From assembly GCA_902472555.1 (NCBI GenBank), contig CABROF010000003.1, positions 1 to 57,262 of the forward strand: 57,262 bases of DNA, given 5' to 3'. Shown piece by piece: positions 18,630 through 28,164 of the stretch. The notes under the pieces are model-generated. The model was not told where the DNA came from and did no database searches. It saw only the letters and a list, made by a program, of their open reading frames with translations. The first letter of the stretch is position 1. Every line of letters begins with the position of its first letter. This DNA comes from an uncultured Oscillospiraceae bacterium. GTDB taxonomy: Bacteria; Bacillota; Clostridia; UBA1212; UBA1255. Made by a program: the position numbers and the translations under genes.

Positions 18630-20507
18630 TTATTCTTCTCCGCCTGCCAATACGGTTACCTCCACCGTAAAATGATGTCCGCCGGTAATAGAAACCGTTA
18701 CCGTTGTGCTGCCAACGCTTCTGGCAGACAGCACCCCGGTTCCGTCGACACGGACAATACTGTCATCTGCCACCTCATAGGTGACCTCATATTTTTCCTT
18801 CGGCACCTTAGGCGGATAGTTCGGATGATCTGCGGTTCTATCATTATAGGCTTCTCCCCATGTCTCGTCTTCAAATACCACAAATCCGCGGATCTGGATT
18901 CTGTGCTTTGCCCCATAGGTCTTATTTCTGTAAAGCGTAATCTTCTCTTCCACAGGGGTAAAGGACACAATCTCCGGCGTATCCATGCCGATCTCAAAAT
19001 CCGCCTCGCGTACATAAACCTTAAATACAACCTGGAGCCCTTCATAATGAATCGTAACATTCGTTTTTCCAACAGCCTTTGCTTTAATCGTCAGGCCGTC
19101 AAATTCAATGATACTGGTATCATAATCCGTAAACTTAACTTTGGAGGCATCCGTGATTTTATGACTCTGCAGGCGGGTATCATACCAATATGCAGGAAGT
19201 TCGTAAGTTCCATCGGAAATCTTGAATTCTACTTTCTGCGGAAGCGTTCCTACCGCTACAGGCCAAAGCGCATCTTCAGAAGGAATCTCCCAGAAATAGT
19301 CTGTACGAAGGGTACCTTTTCCGCCTTTGTCCGTATTCTGCAGTTCCCCCTCATAAGCGGTAATTTTAACATTCTGGAATCGCGTTGCCCATTTTCCCCA
19401 GTATCCGGAATCCGAACCGCCTGCCGCATATGCATACCCAACGAACGAAATATCGTCCGCCAATTGGATATGGCCATTCGGACGTTTGGAAATCCCCATG
19501 TTATGACAGAACTGAGAGATTCCGGTGCGGATGATCGCCGCCTGTGTAAAATGAATACCGTCGTTAGATTCCATCAAACAGATACCGCTGTTTTCCGTAA
19601 AACGATTATATGTTGAAAAAGCTACAAATTTACCGATATCTTCAATATAGACAACATCACAGGAATCCTGTCCGCCGCTCTTCTTATATGCAACCCCTTT
19701 ATAATCCATTGTAGCCGGCCAGTTTTCGTCCGTTGAATCCGCAACAGAAACCATCTCAAAGTCGCCGTCCGGACACGTCCAAGTATAATAGCAATATAAC
19801 TTACCGTCTAATTCTACAAAGCTGACCTCACCGGCGCCCCAGCTGCTGCCGGATTCGTTAAAATAGACGATCGGCTCCGGGTCGCCGCCCCAGCCTGAGC
19901 CGTTCCACTTTTCATACGGTCCGTCCGGATTCTTTGACCTGGCAACAAACAAATTATTATTGATGCCCCCGTTTGTACTGACAATCGTCGACGTATATCC
20001 GAGATAATAATAACCGCCGAAGTAAATCACACCCGGATCACATACGGAATAATGATCCATGGAGTCCGGCGTAGGCTGCAGAACAACAACCTCCTTCGAC
20101 CAGGTTTTTCCTCCGTCATCGGAATGCTTATAGGTAAACCAGTCCCACTCACCCGAGGTACCGGGTGTAGCAAACCACGCATCAATGCTGCCGTCCGGAT
20201 AATAAATGATGCTGGGACCGTAACGATAGCCCCACTCGTTTACAACAGGCGCAAATACATCATATCCGTCATCTGTTGTTTCCATGGTTACGTGCTGATT
20301 CTCGGAACCCTCCACGCGCGCAAGCGCATCCTGGAACACCTTGGGATCCTTTGCGGGATCATAGCTTTCCGAAGGCTCCTGCGTCGGGTCGGTAACCGGT
20401 TTCTTTTCTCCGCCGCTGCTTCCAGAGGCGCATGCCGATACGAAGAGAATCATAAACGACAAAAATGTAAACATTATAACCTTAAAAATAATTGGTCTGC
20501 GTTTCAT
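18630..20507 (-). CDS. Secreted lipoprotein: beta-propeller glycosidase-like domain (GH43/BNR-like) plus two Big_2 Ig-like domains
   Basis: Lipobox ILFVSACASG. Asp-box SDDGGKTW. DPGVIYFGGYYYLGYTS and LFVARSKNPDGPYEKW resemble GH43. The C-terminal repeats AKAVGKTNVTIHY and ARSVGSTTVTVSI resemble Big_2. The start is set at MKRRPIIF (20507). Confidence 0.65.
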   Translation of the reverse strand: MKRRPIIFKVIMFTFLSFMILFVSACASGSSGGEKKPVTDPTQEPSESYDPAKDPKVFQDALARVEGSENQHVTMETTDDGYDVFAPVVNEWGYRYGPSIIYYPDGSIDAWFATPGTSGEWDWFTYKHSDDGGKTWSKEVVVLQPTPDSMDHYSVCDPGVIYFGGYYYLGYTSTIVSTNGGINNNLFVARSKNPDGPYEKWNGSGWGGDPEPIVYFNESGSSWGAGEVSFVELDGKLYCYYTWTCPDGDFEMVSVADSTDENWPATMDYKGVAYKKSGGQDSCDVVYIEDIGKFVAFSTYNRFTENSGICLMESNDGIHFTQAAIIRTGISQFCHNMGISKRPNGHIQLADDISFVGYAYAAGGSDSGYWGKWATRFQNVKITAYEGELQNTDKGGKGTLRTDYFWEIPSEDALWPVAVGTLPQKVEFKISDGTYELPAYWYDTRLQSHKITDASKVKFTDYDTSIIEFDGLTIKAKAVGKTNVTIHYEGLQVVFKVYVREADFEIGMDTPEIVSFTPVEEKITLYRNKTYGAKHRIQIRGFVVFEDETWGEAYNDRTADHPNYPPKVPKEKYEVTYEVADDSIVRVDGTGVLSARSVGSTTVTVSITGGHHFTVEVTVLAGGEE

Positions 20508-20756
20508 GCTCTGCCAGTCCTCCTGCCAAATAAATTTTAAAAAAACATTTATGTTATATATTATATATACTTTTTTCATAATTACAAGAGATATCTTTCA
20601 TATAAAAGCGTACCGCCGTACCTGCGGCGGCACGGCAGCTGGAATCGCGCTGTAAGTGCGCGCTTATTTTATAAACAGAATCATTCTGATTGACTTTATT
20701 TTTATAATACGTTTTTATAACGCGTTCAACAAAAATTAAAAATTTTCACAAAGGGG

Positions 20757-20785
20757 TTCACAAAACAGTCCGCGTGTGCTACAAT
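20757..20785 (+). promoter_or_regulatory. Putative sigma-A promoter (extended -10) of the M23 peptidase gene
   Basis: TTCACA, 17 nt, TGcTACAAT. Confidence 0.4.
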
Positions 20786-20851
20786 AACACCGTTTGAATT
20801 GAACGGGGGCAATATTTCTGATTCAATACATATGAGAGGATTGGTCTGTAT

Positions 20852-21961
20852 ATGCAATTTCATATGAAAAAAAAGCATCAGATGAAACAAATCAAACGCA
20901 TGATGTGGCACTGTGTCGCAAAAGGAACGCTTTCAAGAAAAACCATCAGAAAAATATACATAAGAAAACCTGTTTTCAATTATCAGCATATCTGCAGCAT
21001 TCTATCCAATATTAAGCAAAATGTTTTTCCCTTTATTAAGCAAAACGTCTTTCCCTTTTCCCGCACCGCCTATAAGGTCGTGCTTTCCGCCGCTGTACTC
21101 AGCGCTTTTTTGTTTTATGTCTGCAACATCACGCAGGATTTAAATATGCTGTCCAAAGAAAACGAAGCACTGCTCCATTCTAATGATCAGCTCGCAAGTA
21201 ACGTGGAATCGTTAAACAGTGCTATTGCGTACAATAAAAATATAACAAGAATACAGCAGGAAACCATTCTGAACCAGCAGGCTTCTCTTTCCGAAATTGA
21301 AAAAACCGTAGAAACAATTGAAGAACAATACAAAGAAAATCTTGAGAATCTTACCTCGCAGAAAGACGAAGCACTACAGCGCCTGATGGATATGATCCGG
21401 GATCTCGATATTTTCAGTACAATTGTTTCCCGTTCCGGCGATTTAACCGCCGCTTCTTCTCAAATTGCAGAAGCAAAGGATACGATCCGTGATTTGTTCG
21501 GCGATACGGAAGAAGCTGATTGGATTATTGAAAAGCTCGACAGCGAGAATGCAAAAATAATAAAATATCAGGATAGTTATCCGGATTTCTATCCGACAAA
21601 CGGTTTCGTTTCCTCAAAATACGGTTACCGCCGCGATCCCTTTACCGGCGCAACCTCATTTCACAGCGGACTTGATATCGCAAATTCGGCAGGTACTTCT
21701 ATTTATGCGTCTGCCACCGGTACAGTGATTCAATCCGGATGGAACGGAGAATACGGATACAGTATTCTGATTGATCATGGCAATGGCTTTCAGACGCGCT
21801 ATGCGCATTGCTCGAAACTGTTGGTCTCTGTCGGGACCAGCGTATCAAAAGGCCAAAGGATTGCATTGATGGGAGATACAGGGCGTGCTACAGGTTCTCA
21901 TCTGCATTTTGAGGTGATCTTGAACGGCAGTACGCAGAATCCAGTAAATTATATCGGCTGA
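20852..21961 (+). CDS. M23 family metallopeptidase (murein endopeptidase) with TM anchor and coiled coil
   Basis: HSGLDIANSAGTSIYASATGTV...IDHGNGFQTRYAHCSKL...GDTGRATGSHLHFEV. The exact start is uncertain. Confidence 0.85.
   Translation: MQFHMKKKHQMKQIKRMMWHCVAKGTLSRKTIRKIYIRKPVFNYQHICSILSNIKQNVFPFIKQNVFPFSRTAYKVVLSAAVLSAFLFYVCNITQDLNMLSKENEALLHSNDQLASNVESLNSAIAYNKNITRIQQETILNQQASLSEIEKTVETIEEQYKENLENLTSQKDEALQRLMDMIRDLDIFSTIVSRSGDLTAASSQIAEAKDTIRDLFGDTEEADWIIEKLDSENAKIIKYQDSYPDFYPTNGFVSSKYGYRRDPFTGATSFHSGLDIANSAGTSIYASATGTVIQSGWNGEYGYSILIDHGNGFQTRYAHCSKLLVSVGTSVSKGQRIALMGDTGRATGSHLHFEVILNGSTQNPVNYIG
21011..21058 (+). repeat. 24 bp tandem duplication inside the M23 peptidase N-terminal coding region
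   Basis: attaagcaaaatgtttttcccttt / attaagcaaaacgtctttcccttt, differing at 2 positions. It encodes IKQNVFPF twice. Confidence 0.9.
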
Positions 21962-21972
21962 TTGTTAGATCT

Positions 21973-22122
21973 CTATATGAAATATAAAAGAACAGCAAAT
22001 GCCGTAAGAATCAAAATTCTTGCGGTATTTTTTCGGTAAGGCAGCGATACGGCACGCTTGAATTTGCGAAGGGCTTTTTTATTTAAACGGATCCGCACGG
22101 CATTCGATCTTCGAATATCCAT
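21973..22122 (-). CDS. Possible small (49 aa) basic membrane protein
   Basis: MDIRRSNAVRIRLNKKALRKFKRAVSLPYRKNTARILILTAFAVLLYFI. AAAGGAGAG lies 6 nt upstream of the ATG at 22122. The longer 112 aa ORF-track version has no SD. I recognise no homology. Confidence 0.35.
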   Translation of the reverse strand: MDIRRSNAVRIRLNKKALRKFKRAVSLPYRKNTARILILTAFAVLLYFI

Positions 22123-22269
22123 AGCGCTCTCTCCTTTTATAAATATTTTATTGATACTATTGTAGTACGGAAATGCCTGTTTTGTGCCAGTCTTATTAAT
22201 ATTCATTACAAATTCATATTTTTTTGGTATAATATAAAAGAAATCGGTATGATAGAAACGGAGGGCAAT

Positions 22270-24417
22270 ATGAGCGCAAAAAAGCGGCCGAATACGGCAG
22301 ATCATAAACACACAAAAAAGCAGCGGCCGTTCCGGGTCTTTATGAAAGGATTTTGGGCTGCGCTCCGGGTGGCGTGCAAAACCGCTTTTGCGGTTATATT
22401 GCTGGCTGCCTGTATTGCCGGCGGATTATTAATCGGTGTTGTAGCAGGATGTATTATTACGACACCTCCGCTGGAGGATGAAGATTTATATATATCCGGT
22501 TTTACCTCATTCATCTATGATAATGCAGGAGAAGTGATCGGACAGCTGAAGGGCTCTGAAAACATTAATCGCATTTGGGTCGAAATTGAAGAAGTTCCGC
22601 GCAACCTGCAGCATGCATTTGTCGCCATAGAAGATGAACGGTTTTACACCCATCCCGGCGTAGATGTCAAACGGACGATCAGCGCTTTCTTAGGATACTT
22701 TCTGCCCGGGATGTCCAGTCACGGAGGCAGTACTATTACACAGCAAGTAATCAAAAATGTCACAGGTGACGACGCGCAAAGTGTGCCAAGAAAAATCAGG
22801 GAGCAGTGGCGTGCTTATCAGCTTGAGAAAAATTACAATAAAAATGAAATATTGGAATTCTATGTAAACGTAATCTATATGGGACAGGATCTTTACGGGG
22901 TCAAAACCGCCGCCCAGGCATATTTTGAGAAGGATCTGTCTGAGCTTTCTTTGGCGGAATGCGCGTTTCTTGCCGGTATTACAAATAACCCGGGCCGTTA
23001 TAATCCGCTGACTACCACCGGCAGAAGCAACTGCTATAAACGGCAGATCATTATTTTAGATAAAATGCTGGAGCTGGGTTATATCTCTGAAGCCGAATAT
23101 ATCGAGGCGATTCAGACAGAATTAAAAATCAATGATGATTATAAAAAGGACGCCTCTTTAGCCTCAAAGCATTCCTATTTTGTAGAAGCGGTGATTTCCG
23201 ATGTGCGGGAAGCTTTTATGGAAGCCGGATACACAAAAACCCAGGCAAACAACCTGATCTACAATACGGGAATCACGATTATAACGACGCAGGACAGCGC
23301 GATCCAGCAGATCGTCAACGAAGAATTTACCAATCTCAGCAATTTTCCTGCGAACCATCTGTATACGGATCCCAAAGACATGGCACAGGCTTCAATTGTG
23401 ATTATGGATCATCATAATGGCCAGGTGCTAGCACTTTACGGCGGTTACGGGGAAAAAGATAAAAATCTGACTTTCAACCGTGCCATTTCTGCGCAGCGTC
23501 AGCCAGGGTCCTCTATCAAGCCGATTCTGGTCTATGCGCCTCTGATTGATCAAAAAATAATTACAGCGGGAACAGTAATCGACGATGCCCCCTCTTATCT
23601 TGACCCGCAAAAGCCCGATGAAATCTGGCCTACAAATGCGGATAACGCTTTTCACGGCTTGACTACGGTCCGCAGAGCCCTTGCCGATTCTTATAACGTT
23701 GTTGCAGTTAAGCTATATCAGGATCATCAGGAGCTGGGACTTTCCTATCTGAAAAAGCTTGGGATTGACAGGATGGAGGAAACGCAGCTCGCTCTGGCTC
23801 TTGGCGGAATGACAAACGGCGTGTCTACTATGCAGATGGCAGCTGCGTATGTACCGTTTGCAAACAGCGGCATATACTACGAACCGATCCTGTTTACAAA
23901 AGTATACGACAAGGATGGAAAACTTCTATTGGATAATACTTCCGACACCACGCTTGTATACGAGGACCACCGCACACCTTCGGTAATGACGTCGCTTTTA
24001 GAAGAGGTTGTAAAATCCGGTACAGGTACATCGACACAGGTGTATAACGGAAATCAAGAAAAAATCGCCACTGCAGGAAAAACAGGTACGACCTCCAGTA
24101 CGTATGACTACTGGTATGTTGGCTATACGCCGTATTACACCGCCGCCGTATGGTACGGTTATGACAAGCAAACAAGTATTTCCTATGCGGAACGCGGCGC
24201 GGCGACAAGGCTTTGGGGCGTGATTATGAATCGCATTCACAAAGACCTTGCGGCAAAAAGTTTTGCATACGGATCAGACCTTATCAGCTGTGACGTCTGT
24301 ACAAAATCCGGTAAATATCCTACCTCAGCCTGTTACAGTGCAAATTCCGTAAAAAAAGAGGTCTTTATGTCTGGGACACAGCCCACACCGCATGATTCCT
24401 GCACATATCATAAATAA
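22270..24417 (+). CDS. Class A penicillin-binding protein (glycosyltransferase GT51 + transpeptidase)
   Basis: EDERFYTHPGVD, GGSTITQQVIKN, transpeptidase motifs PGSSIKP and KTGTT. The start is at MSAKK, preceded by GGAGGG. Confidence 0.93.
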   Translation: MSAKKRPNTADHKHTKKQRPFRVFMKGFWAALRVACKTAFAVILLAACIAGGLLIGVVAGCIITTPPLEDEDLYISGFTSFIYDNAGEVIGQLKGSENINRIWVEIEEVPRNLQHAFVAIEDERFYTHPGVDVKRTISAFLGYFLPGMSSHGGSTITQQVIKNVTGDDAQSVPRKIREQWRAYQLEKNYNKNEILEFYVNVIYMGQDLYGVKTAAQAYFEKDLSELSLAECAFLAGITNNPGRYNPLTTTGRSNCYKRQIIILDKMLELGYISEAEYIEAIQTELKINDDYKKDASLASKHSYFVEAVISDVREAFMEAGYTKTQANNLIYNTGITIITTQDSAIQQIVNEEFTNLSNFPANHLYTDPKDMAQASIVIMDHHNGQVLALYGGYGEKDKNLTFNRAISAQRQPGSSIKPILVYAPLIDQKIITAGTVIDDAPSYLDPQKPDEIWPTNADNAFHGLTTVRRALADSYNVVAVKLYQDHQELGLSYLKKLGIDRMEETQLALALGGMTNGVSTMQMAAAYVPFANSGIYYEPILFTKVYDKDGKLLLDNTSDTTLVYEDHRTPSVMTSLLEEVVKSGTGTSTQVYNGNQEKIATAGKTGTTSSTYDYWYVGYTPYYTAAVWYGYDKQTSISYAERGAATRLWGVIMNRIHKDLAAKSFAYGSDLISCDVCTKSGKYPTSACYSANSVKKEVFMSGTQPTPHDSCTYHK

Positions 24418-24444
24418 TTATTATAAATTAGCATTACAAATTGA

Positions 24445-24490
24445 GAAGAAGCTGTATCAAAGCTAAAAACTTTGATACAGCCCCTTCTTC
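24445..24490. terminator. Large hairpin between the convergent PBP and NadD-like genes
   Basis: CTGTATCAAAG / CTTTGATACAG 11 bp, plus outer GAAGAAG / CTTCTTC with a 3 nt bulge. U-tracts are weak. Confidence 0.5.
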
Positions 24491-24507
24491 AGTCATTCTA
24501 TAAGCTT

Positions 24508-25002
24508 TTAGAACTTGTTTTTTATGTATGCGTATACATTTTCCGGAATTTGATCCCGGAACTCTTCAATCAGACCTTCTTCCGTCAGCCATCTGATATT
24601 GGAAGAACGCAGATTCAAATGGCTGGGAATTAAATGGACCGGTACGTCTAAGTCAATTACACTGCGGATCAATTCCAGCTCCTTTTCAACGTGAATGGTT
24701 GGATGAAAGCTCCGTGCCACACCGTCCGCTTTCAGCTTATCAATCGAATCGGCAAGCCAGCCTTCATTTTCAATATATACGGATACGTTATCCAAGCCTT
24801 CCTCCGCAGCCGCGGCTTCAATCAGCGCTTTCATGTCTGCGGAAGGGATCCAGCGCCTGTGCTCGTCGCATTTGAGCGTCATGATGACTGCAACAACATG
24901 ATCGCTGCGTTCTGATAAATAACGCAGCGAGTTCATATGCCCTGTGGTAACAGGATCATAATTTCCAGGTAAAAGTACGGTTCCCAAAAACTTTTTATTC
25001 AT
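24508..25002 (-). CDS. NadD-like cytidylyltransferase-fold nucleotidyltransferase (short form)
   Basis: LLPGNYDPVTTGHMNSL (GxFDPxHxGH-like). C-terminal LRSSNIRWL (ISSTxIR-like) and IPENVYAYIKNKF. The start is set at MNKKF to avoid overlapping the upstream stop. Confidence 0.6.
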   Translation of the reverse strand: MNKKFLGTVLLPGNYDPVTTGHMNSLRYLSERSDHVVAVIMTLKCDEHRRWIPSADMKALIEAAAAEEGLDNVSVYIENEGWLADSIDKLKADGVARSFHPTIHVEKELELIRSVIDLDVPVHLIPSHLNLRSSNIRWLTEEGLIEEFRDQIPENVYAYIKNKF

Positions 25003-25018
25003 TAGAAGCCTTCCCTCC

Positions 25019-27091
25019 TCAGTCCTCATCGTCGTCGCTCATGTTCTTCTTCGCTTCATCAATTATTTTCTGTGCAATATTTGCCGGAACCTCATCATAA
25101 CGTACAAATTCTGAAGTAAAACTTCCGCGGGCCTGCGTCATGGAACGAAGATCCGTCGCATATTTAAACATCTCTGCATACGGAACTTCCGCAACAATTT
25201 CCTGCATATTCTTCGGCAGCGGATTCATCCCCAGCACACGGCCCCGCCGCTTGTTCAAATCTCCCATAACCGCACCGGTATAATCATCCGGGACAACAAT
25301 GCTGACACTCATAACAGGTTCCAAAAGGACTGGAGATGCCATAGGAAGTCCCTTCTTATATGCCAAAGACGCAGCAACCTTAAAGGCCATTTCCGACGAG
25401 TCTACAGGATGATAGGAACCGTCAACAAGCGTTGCCTTCAATCCGACCATCGGATAACCTGCCAATACACCCTTCCTGATGCTGTCCTGCAGACCCTTTT
25501 CCACAGCCGGAAAATAGTTTTTCGGGACTGCGCCGCCGAATACTTTTTCGCCGAATTCTAATCCAGGTTTTTCTCCGGGCTCAAAAATGATTTTCACATG
25601 ACCGTACTGTCCGTGTCCGCCTGATTGTTTTTTGTGTTTGCCTTCGACTTCCACTCTCTTGCGGATTGCCTCCCGATATGCAATCTTCGGATCCGTTAAA
25701 TCAACGCTGACAGAATATTTGGCTTTTAACTTATTTACAATAATATCAAGATGCTGTTCTCCTACTCCGGAAATCATCATTTGAGAGGTTTCTGCATCCT
25801 GTGCGAAGCGGAACGTCGGATCTTCATCCTGCAGCCGGGAAAGCCCCTGGCTGATCTTTTCCTCATCGCCTTTTGCCTTAGGCGTAATGGCAAGTGATAT
25901 CTGCGGTGCTGGAAATACAATCGGATCGATAAAAACAGGCTTTGTCTTTGTGCAAAGCGTATCATTGGTCGCTGTTACGGAAAGCTTCGAAACCGCACCG
26001 ATATCACCGGCAATCAATTCCGAAACAGGAAGCTGTTTCTTTCCCCGCAGGTTGAATACTTGTGCAATTCTCTCATCAGCGCCCTTTGCGCTGTTAAACA
26101 ACACGGAATCCCCTTTAATTGTGCCGGAATAGACCCGGAACAACGACAGGCGTCCGACAAACGGGTCGGCAATGGTCTTGAAAACAAACGCTGCCGGCGC
26201 ACCTGCCGCATCAGGCGCAAGTACAACGTCGTTTCCTTCCGCGTCCTTTGCCTGAATACTGCCTCTGTCCGTAGGAGACGGCATATAATTAACAAGAAAA
26301 TCAGAAAGCTCTCTGACTCCCATATTTTCATAAGCGGCGCCGATCAGCACAGGTGCGCAAATACATGCGTTGATCGCCTTTTTCAGCCCGCGGATAATCT
26401 CCTCCTCTGTAAACATCTCACCGCCGAAAAACTTTTCCATCAGCATATCGTCTGATTCTGCCACTGCCTCTGAAATATTCATATGAATTTCGTCCACTTC
26501 GTCTTTCAGTTCGTCCGGGATCTCGGTATCCACTAATTTTCCTGATTTATCAAATAATTTTGCCTTTCTGGTCACGGTATCCACATAGCCTGCAAGTTTT
26601 CTGTCTTTCCGAATCGGAAGCTGTAGTGCGACGCAAGAGTTCCCAAACAGGGATTTGATTTCCGTATACAGTTTTTCAAAATCCGCGGTCTCATCATTTA
26701 ATTTGTTGAAATAAAACGCACGGGGAATATTTTTGCTGTTGACACAGTCCCAAGCCTTCTCCGTACCGACCGCCACGGTGCCGGCCACAACGATCACCGC
26801 AGAATCTGCTACCTGTACGCCTTCCAGCATTTCACCGACGAAATCAAAATATCCCGGGGTATCGATAATATTTACACGCGCACCGTTCCAATCATATGGA
26901 GCCAGTGCGGTATTAATCGATACATTACGCTTTGTCTCTTCCTGGTCGTAATCCAAAGCAGTATTGCCGTCCGTAATGCGTCCGAGACGATCAATTGCTT
27001 TCGCATTAAACAGCATCGCTTCCGCCAAAGAAGTCTTACCGGAGCCGCCGTGTCCCAAGAATACAACATTGCGAAAATCTGAACTCTTCAT
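25019..27091 (-). CDS. Elongation factor G paralog (EF-G2-like translational GTPase)
   Basis: G1 GHGGSGKTSLAEAML, G3 DTPGYFDF, and EF-G domains II-V including HKKQSGGHGQYGHV. The start at MKSSDF (27091) has AGGAGG 9 nt upstream. Confidence 0.88.
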   Translation of the reverse strand: MKSSDFRNVVFLGHGGSGKTSLAEAMLFNAKAIDRLGRITDGNTALDYDQEETKRNVSINTALAPYDWNGARVNIIDTPGYFDFVGEMLEGVQVADSAVIVVAGTVAVGTEKAWDCVNSKNIPRAFYFNKLNDETADFEKLYTEIKSLFGNSCVALQLPIRKDRKLAGYVDTVTRKAKLFDKSGKLVDTEIPDELKDEVDEIHMNISEAVAESDDMLMEKFFGGEMFTEEEIIRGLKKAINACICAPVLIGAAYENMGVRELSDFLVNYMPSPTDRGSIQAKDAEGNDVVLAPDAAGAPAAFVFKTIADPFVGRLSLFRVYSGTIKGDSVLFNSAKGADERIAQVFNLRGKKQLPVSELIAGDIGAVSKLSVTATNDTLCTKTKPVFIDPIVFPAPQISLAITPKAKGDEEKISQGLSRLQDEDPTFRFAQDAETSQMMISGVGEQHLDIIVNKLKAKYSVSVDLTDPKIAYREAIRKRVEVEGKHKKQSGGHGQYGHVKIIFEPGEKPGLEFGEKVFGGAVPKNYFPAVEKGLQDSIRKGVLAGYPMVGLKATLVDGSYHPVDSSEMAFKVAASLAYKKGLPMASPVLLEPVMSVSIVVPDDYTGAVMGDLNKRRGRVLGMNPLPKNMQEIVAEVPYAEMFKYATDLRSMTQARGSFTSEFVRYDEVPANIAQKIIDEAKKNMSDDDED

Positions 27092-27300
27092 ACAAACATT
27101 CCTCCTATTGAACAATATGTCTTTTTGCTTACGATACACTTGCCTAAACTGAAACAAGCGAAAACTGAATTTAGTATAACACCGTAAGTCCGATATTGTC
27201 AAACAGATTATCACACTGCTTGTTGCAGAACAATTTTATATATTGTATAATCCGAACATTCAGATATATCCGGGATGAAAAGGGAACGGAGGGTTTACTT

Positions 27301-28164
27301 ATGAAAACAGGAATTGCCTGTGATTATCTTCGCATTTACGGCGATAGAGACGGATTAGAAAGAATGAAAAAGCACGGTTATGATTGTTTGGATTATTCAG
27401 GCTTTATCGATACAGACAGCACGCTGTTTTCGGTAAGTGAAGCTGCGTTTGAACAAAGGCTTCTGCAGATGCGGCAGGCTGCGCTGGACTGCGGAATTGA
27501 AATATCACAGGCCCACGGGCCATGGCGGTCTCCTCCGCATGACTATGCACCGGAGCAGCGAGCCGAACGTTTTGAGAAAATGGTAAAATCCATCCGCGGC
27601 GCGGCAATCCTCGGATGCCCCTATTTGGTGATTCATCCGATTATGCCCTTTGGTGCTGCCCAGGACCCGGAACCACAGCGGACTTATGAGATCAATTATG
27701 ACTTTATGCAAAAGCTCAGCGAGGCGGGCCGTGATCATAATGTTGTCGTATGTCTTGAAAATATGCCTATGACAAACCTTTCTCTTTCCCGCCCTGCAGA
27801 AATTCTGTCGTTTGTGAAAGAGATCAACACGCCGTGGCTGCGCATCTGTCTGGATACCGGCCACGTCTCTGTGTTCGACGAATCGCCGGCAGATGCCGTA
27901 AGATTGATCGGAAAGGAATACCTGCGCGTGCTGCACGTTCACGACAATAACGGGCGCAGTGATTTGCATTGGATTCCATATACAGGCGTAATCGATTGGA
28001 AGGACTTCAGCAGGGCGCTGCAAGAGATTGATTTTAAAGGCGTACTCTCTCTGGAAACCGCTGTTACAAAAGAGATCCCGGCACATATCAGAGAACACTT
28101 CGAAATCGGACTTGCCGCGATTGCAAAAGAACTTGCAAATTGTAAAATAAGCAATTTAATTTAA
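27301..28164 (+). CDS. Sugar phosphate isomerase/epimerase (xylose isomerase-like TIM barrel)
   Basis: LVIHP, VCLENMP, CLDTGH, HVHDNNG and LSLE metal-ligand-like blocks. ATG at 27301 has GGAGGG 7 nt upstream. Confidence 0.8.
   Translation: MKTGIACDYLRIYGDRDGLERMKKHGYDCLDYSGFIDTDSTLFSVSEAAFEQRLLQMRQAALDCGIEISQAHGPWRSPPHDYAPEQRAERFEKMVKSIRGAAILGCPYLVIHPIMPFGAAQDPEPQRTYEINYDFMQKLSEAGRDHNVVVCLENMPMTNLSLSRPAEILSFVKEINTPWLRICLDTGHVSVFDESPADAVRLIGKEYLRVLHVHDNNGRSDLHWIPYTGVIDWKDFSRALQEIDFKGVLSLETAVTKEIPAHIREHFEIGLAAIAKELANCKISNLI

Noticed and set aside
20610-20680. GC-rich hairpins (CCGCCG..CGGCGG and CGCGC..GCGCG followed by TTATTTTAT) in the divergent region between the GH43-like lipoprotein and the M23 peptidase.
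   Set aside because: The stems are short (5-6 bp). No upstream gene could use them as a terminator. I recognise no riboswitch or known-motif resemblance.
28161-28164. Four-nucleotide convergent overlap of the stop codons of the sugar isomerase gene and yhbY, with no terminator between them.
   Set aside because: It is real but unremarkable. Convergent stop overlaps occur commonly in compact genomes and imply nothing specific.
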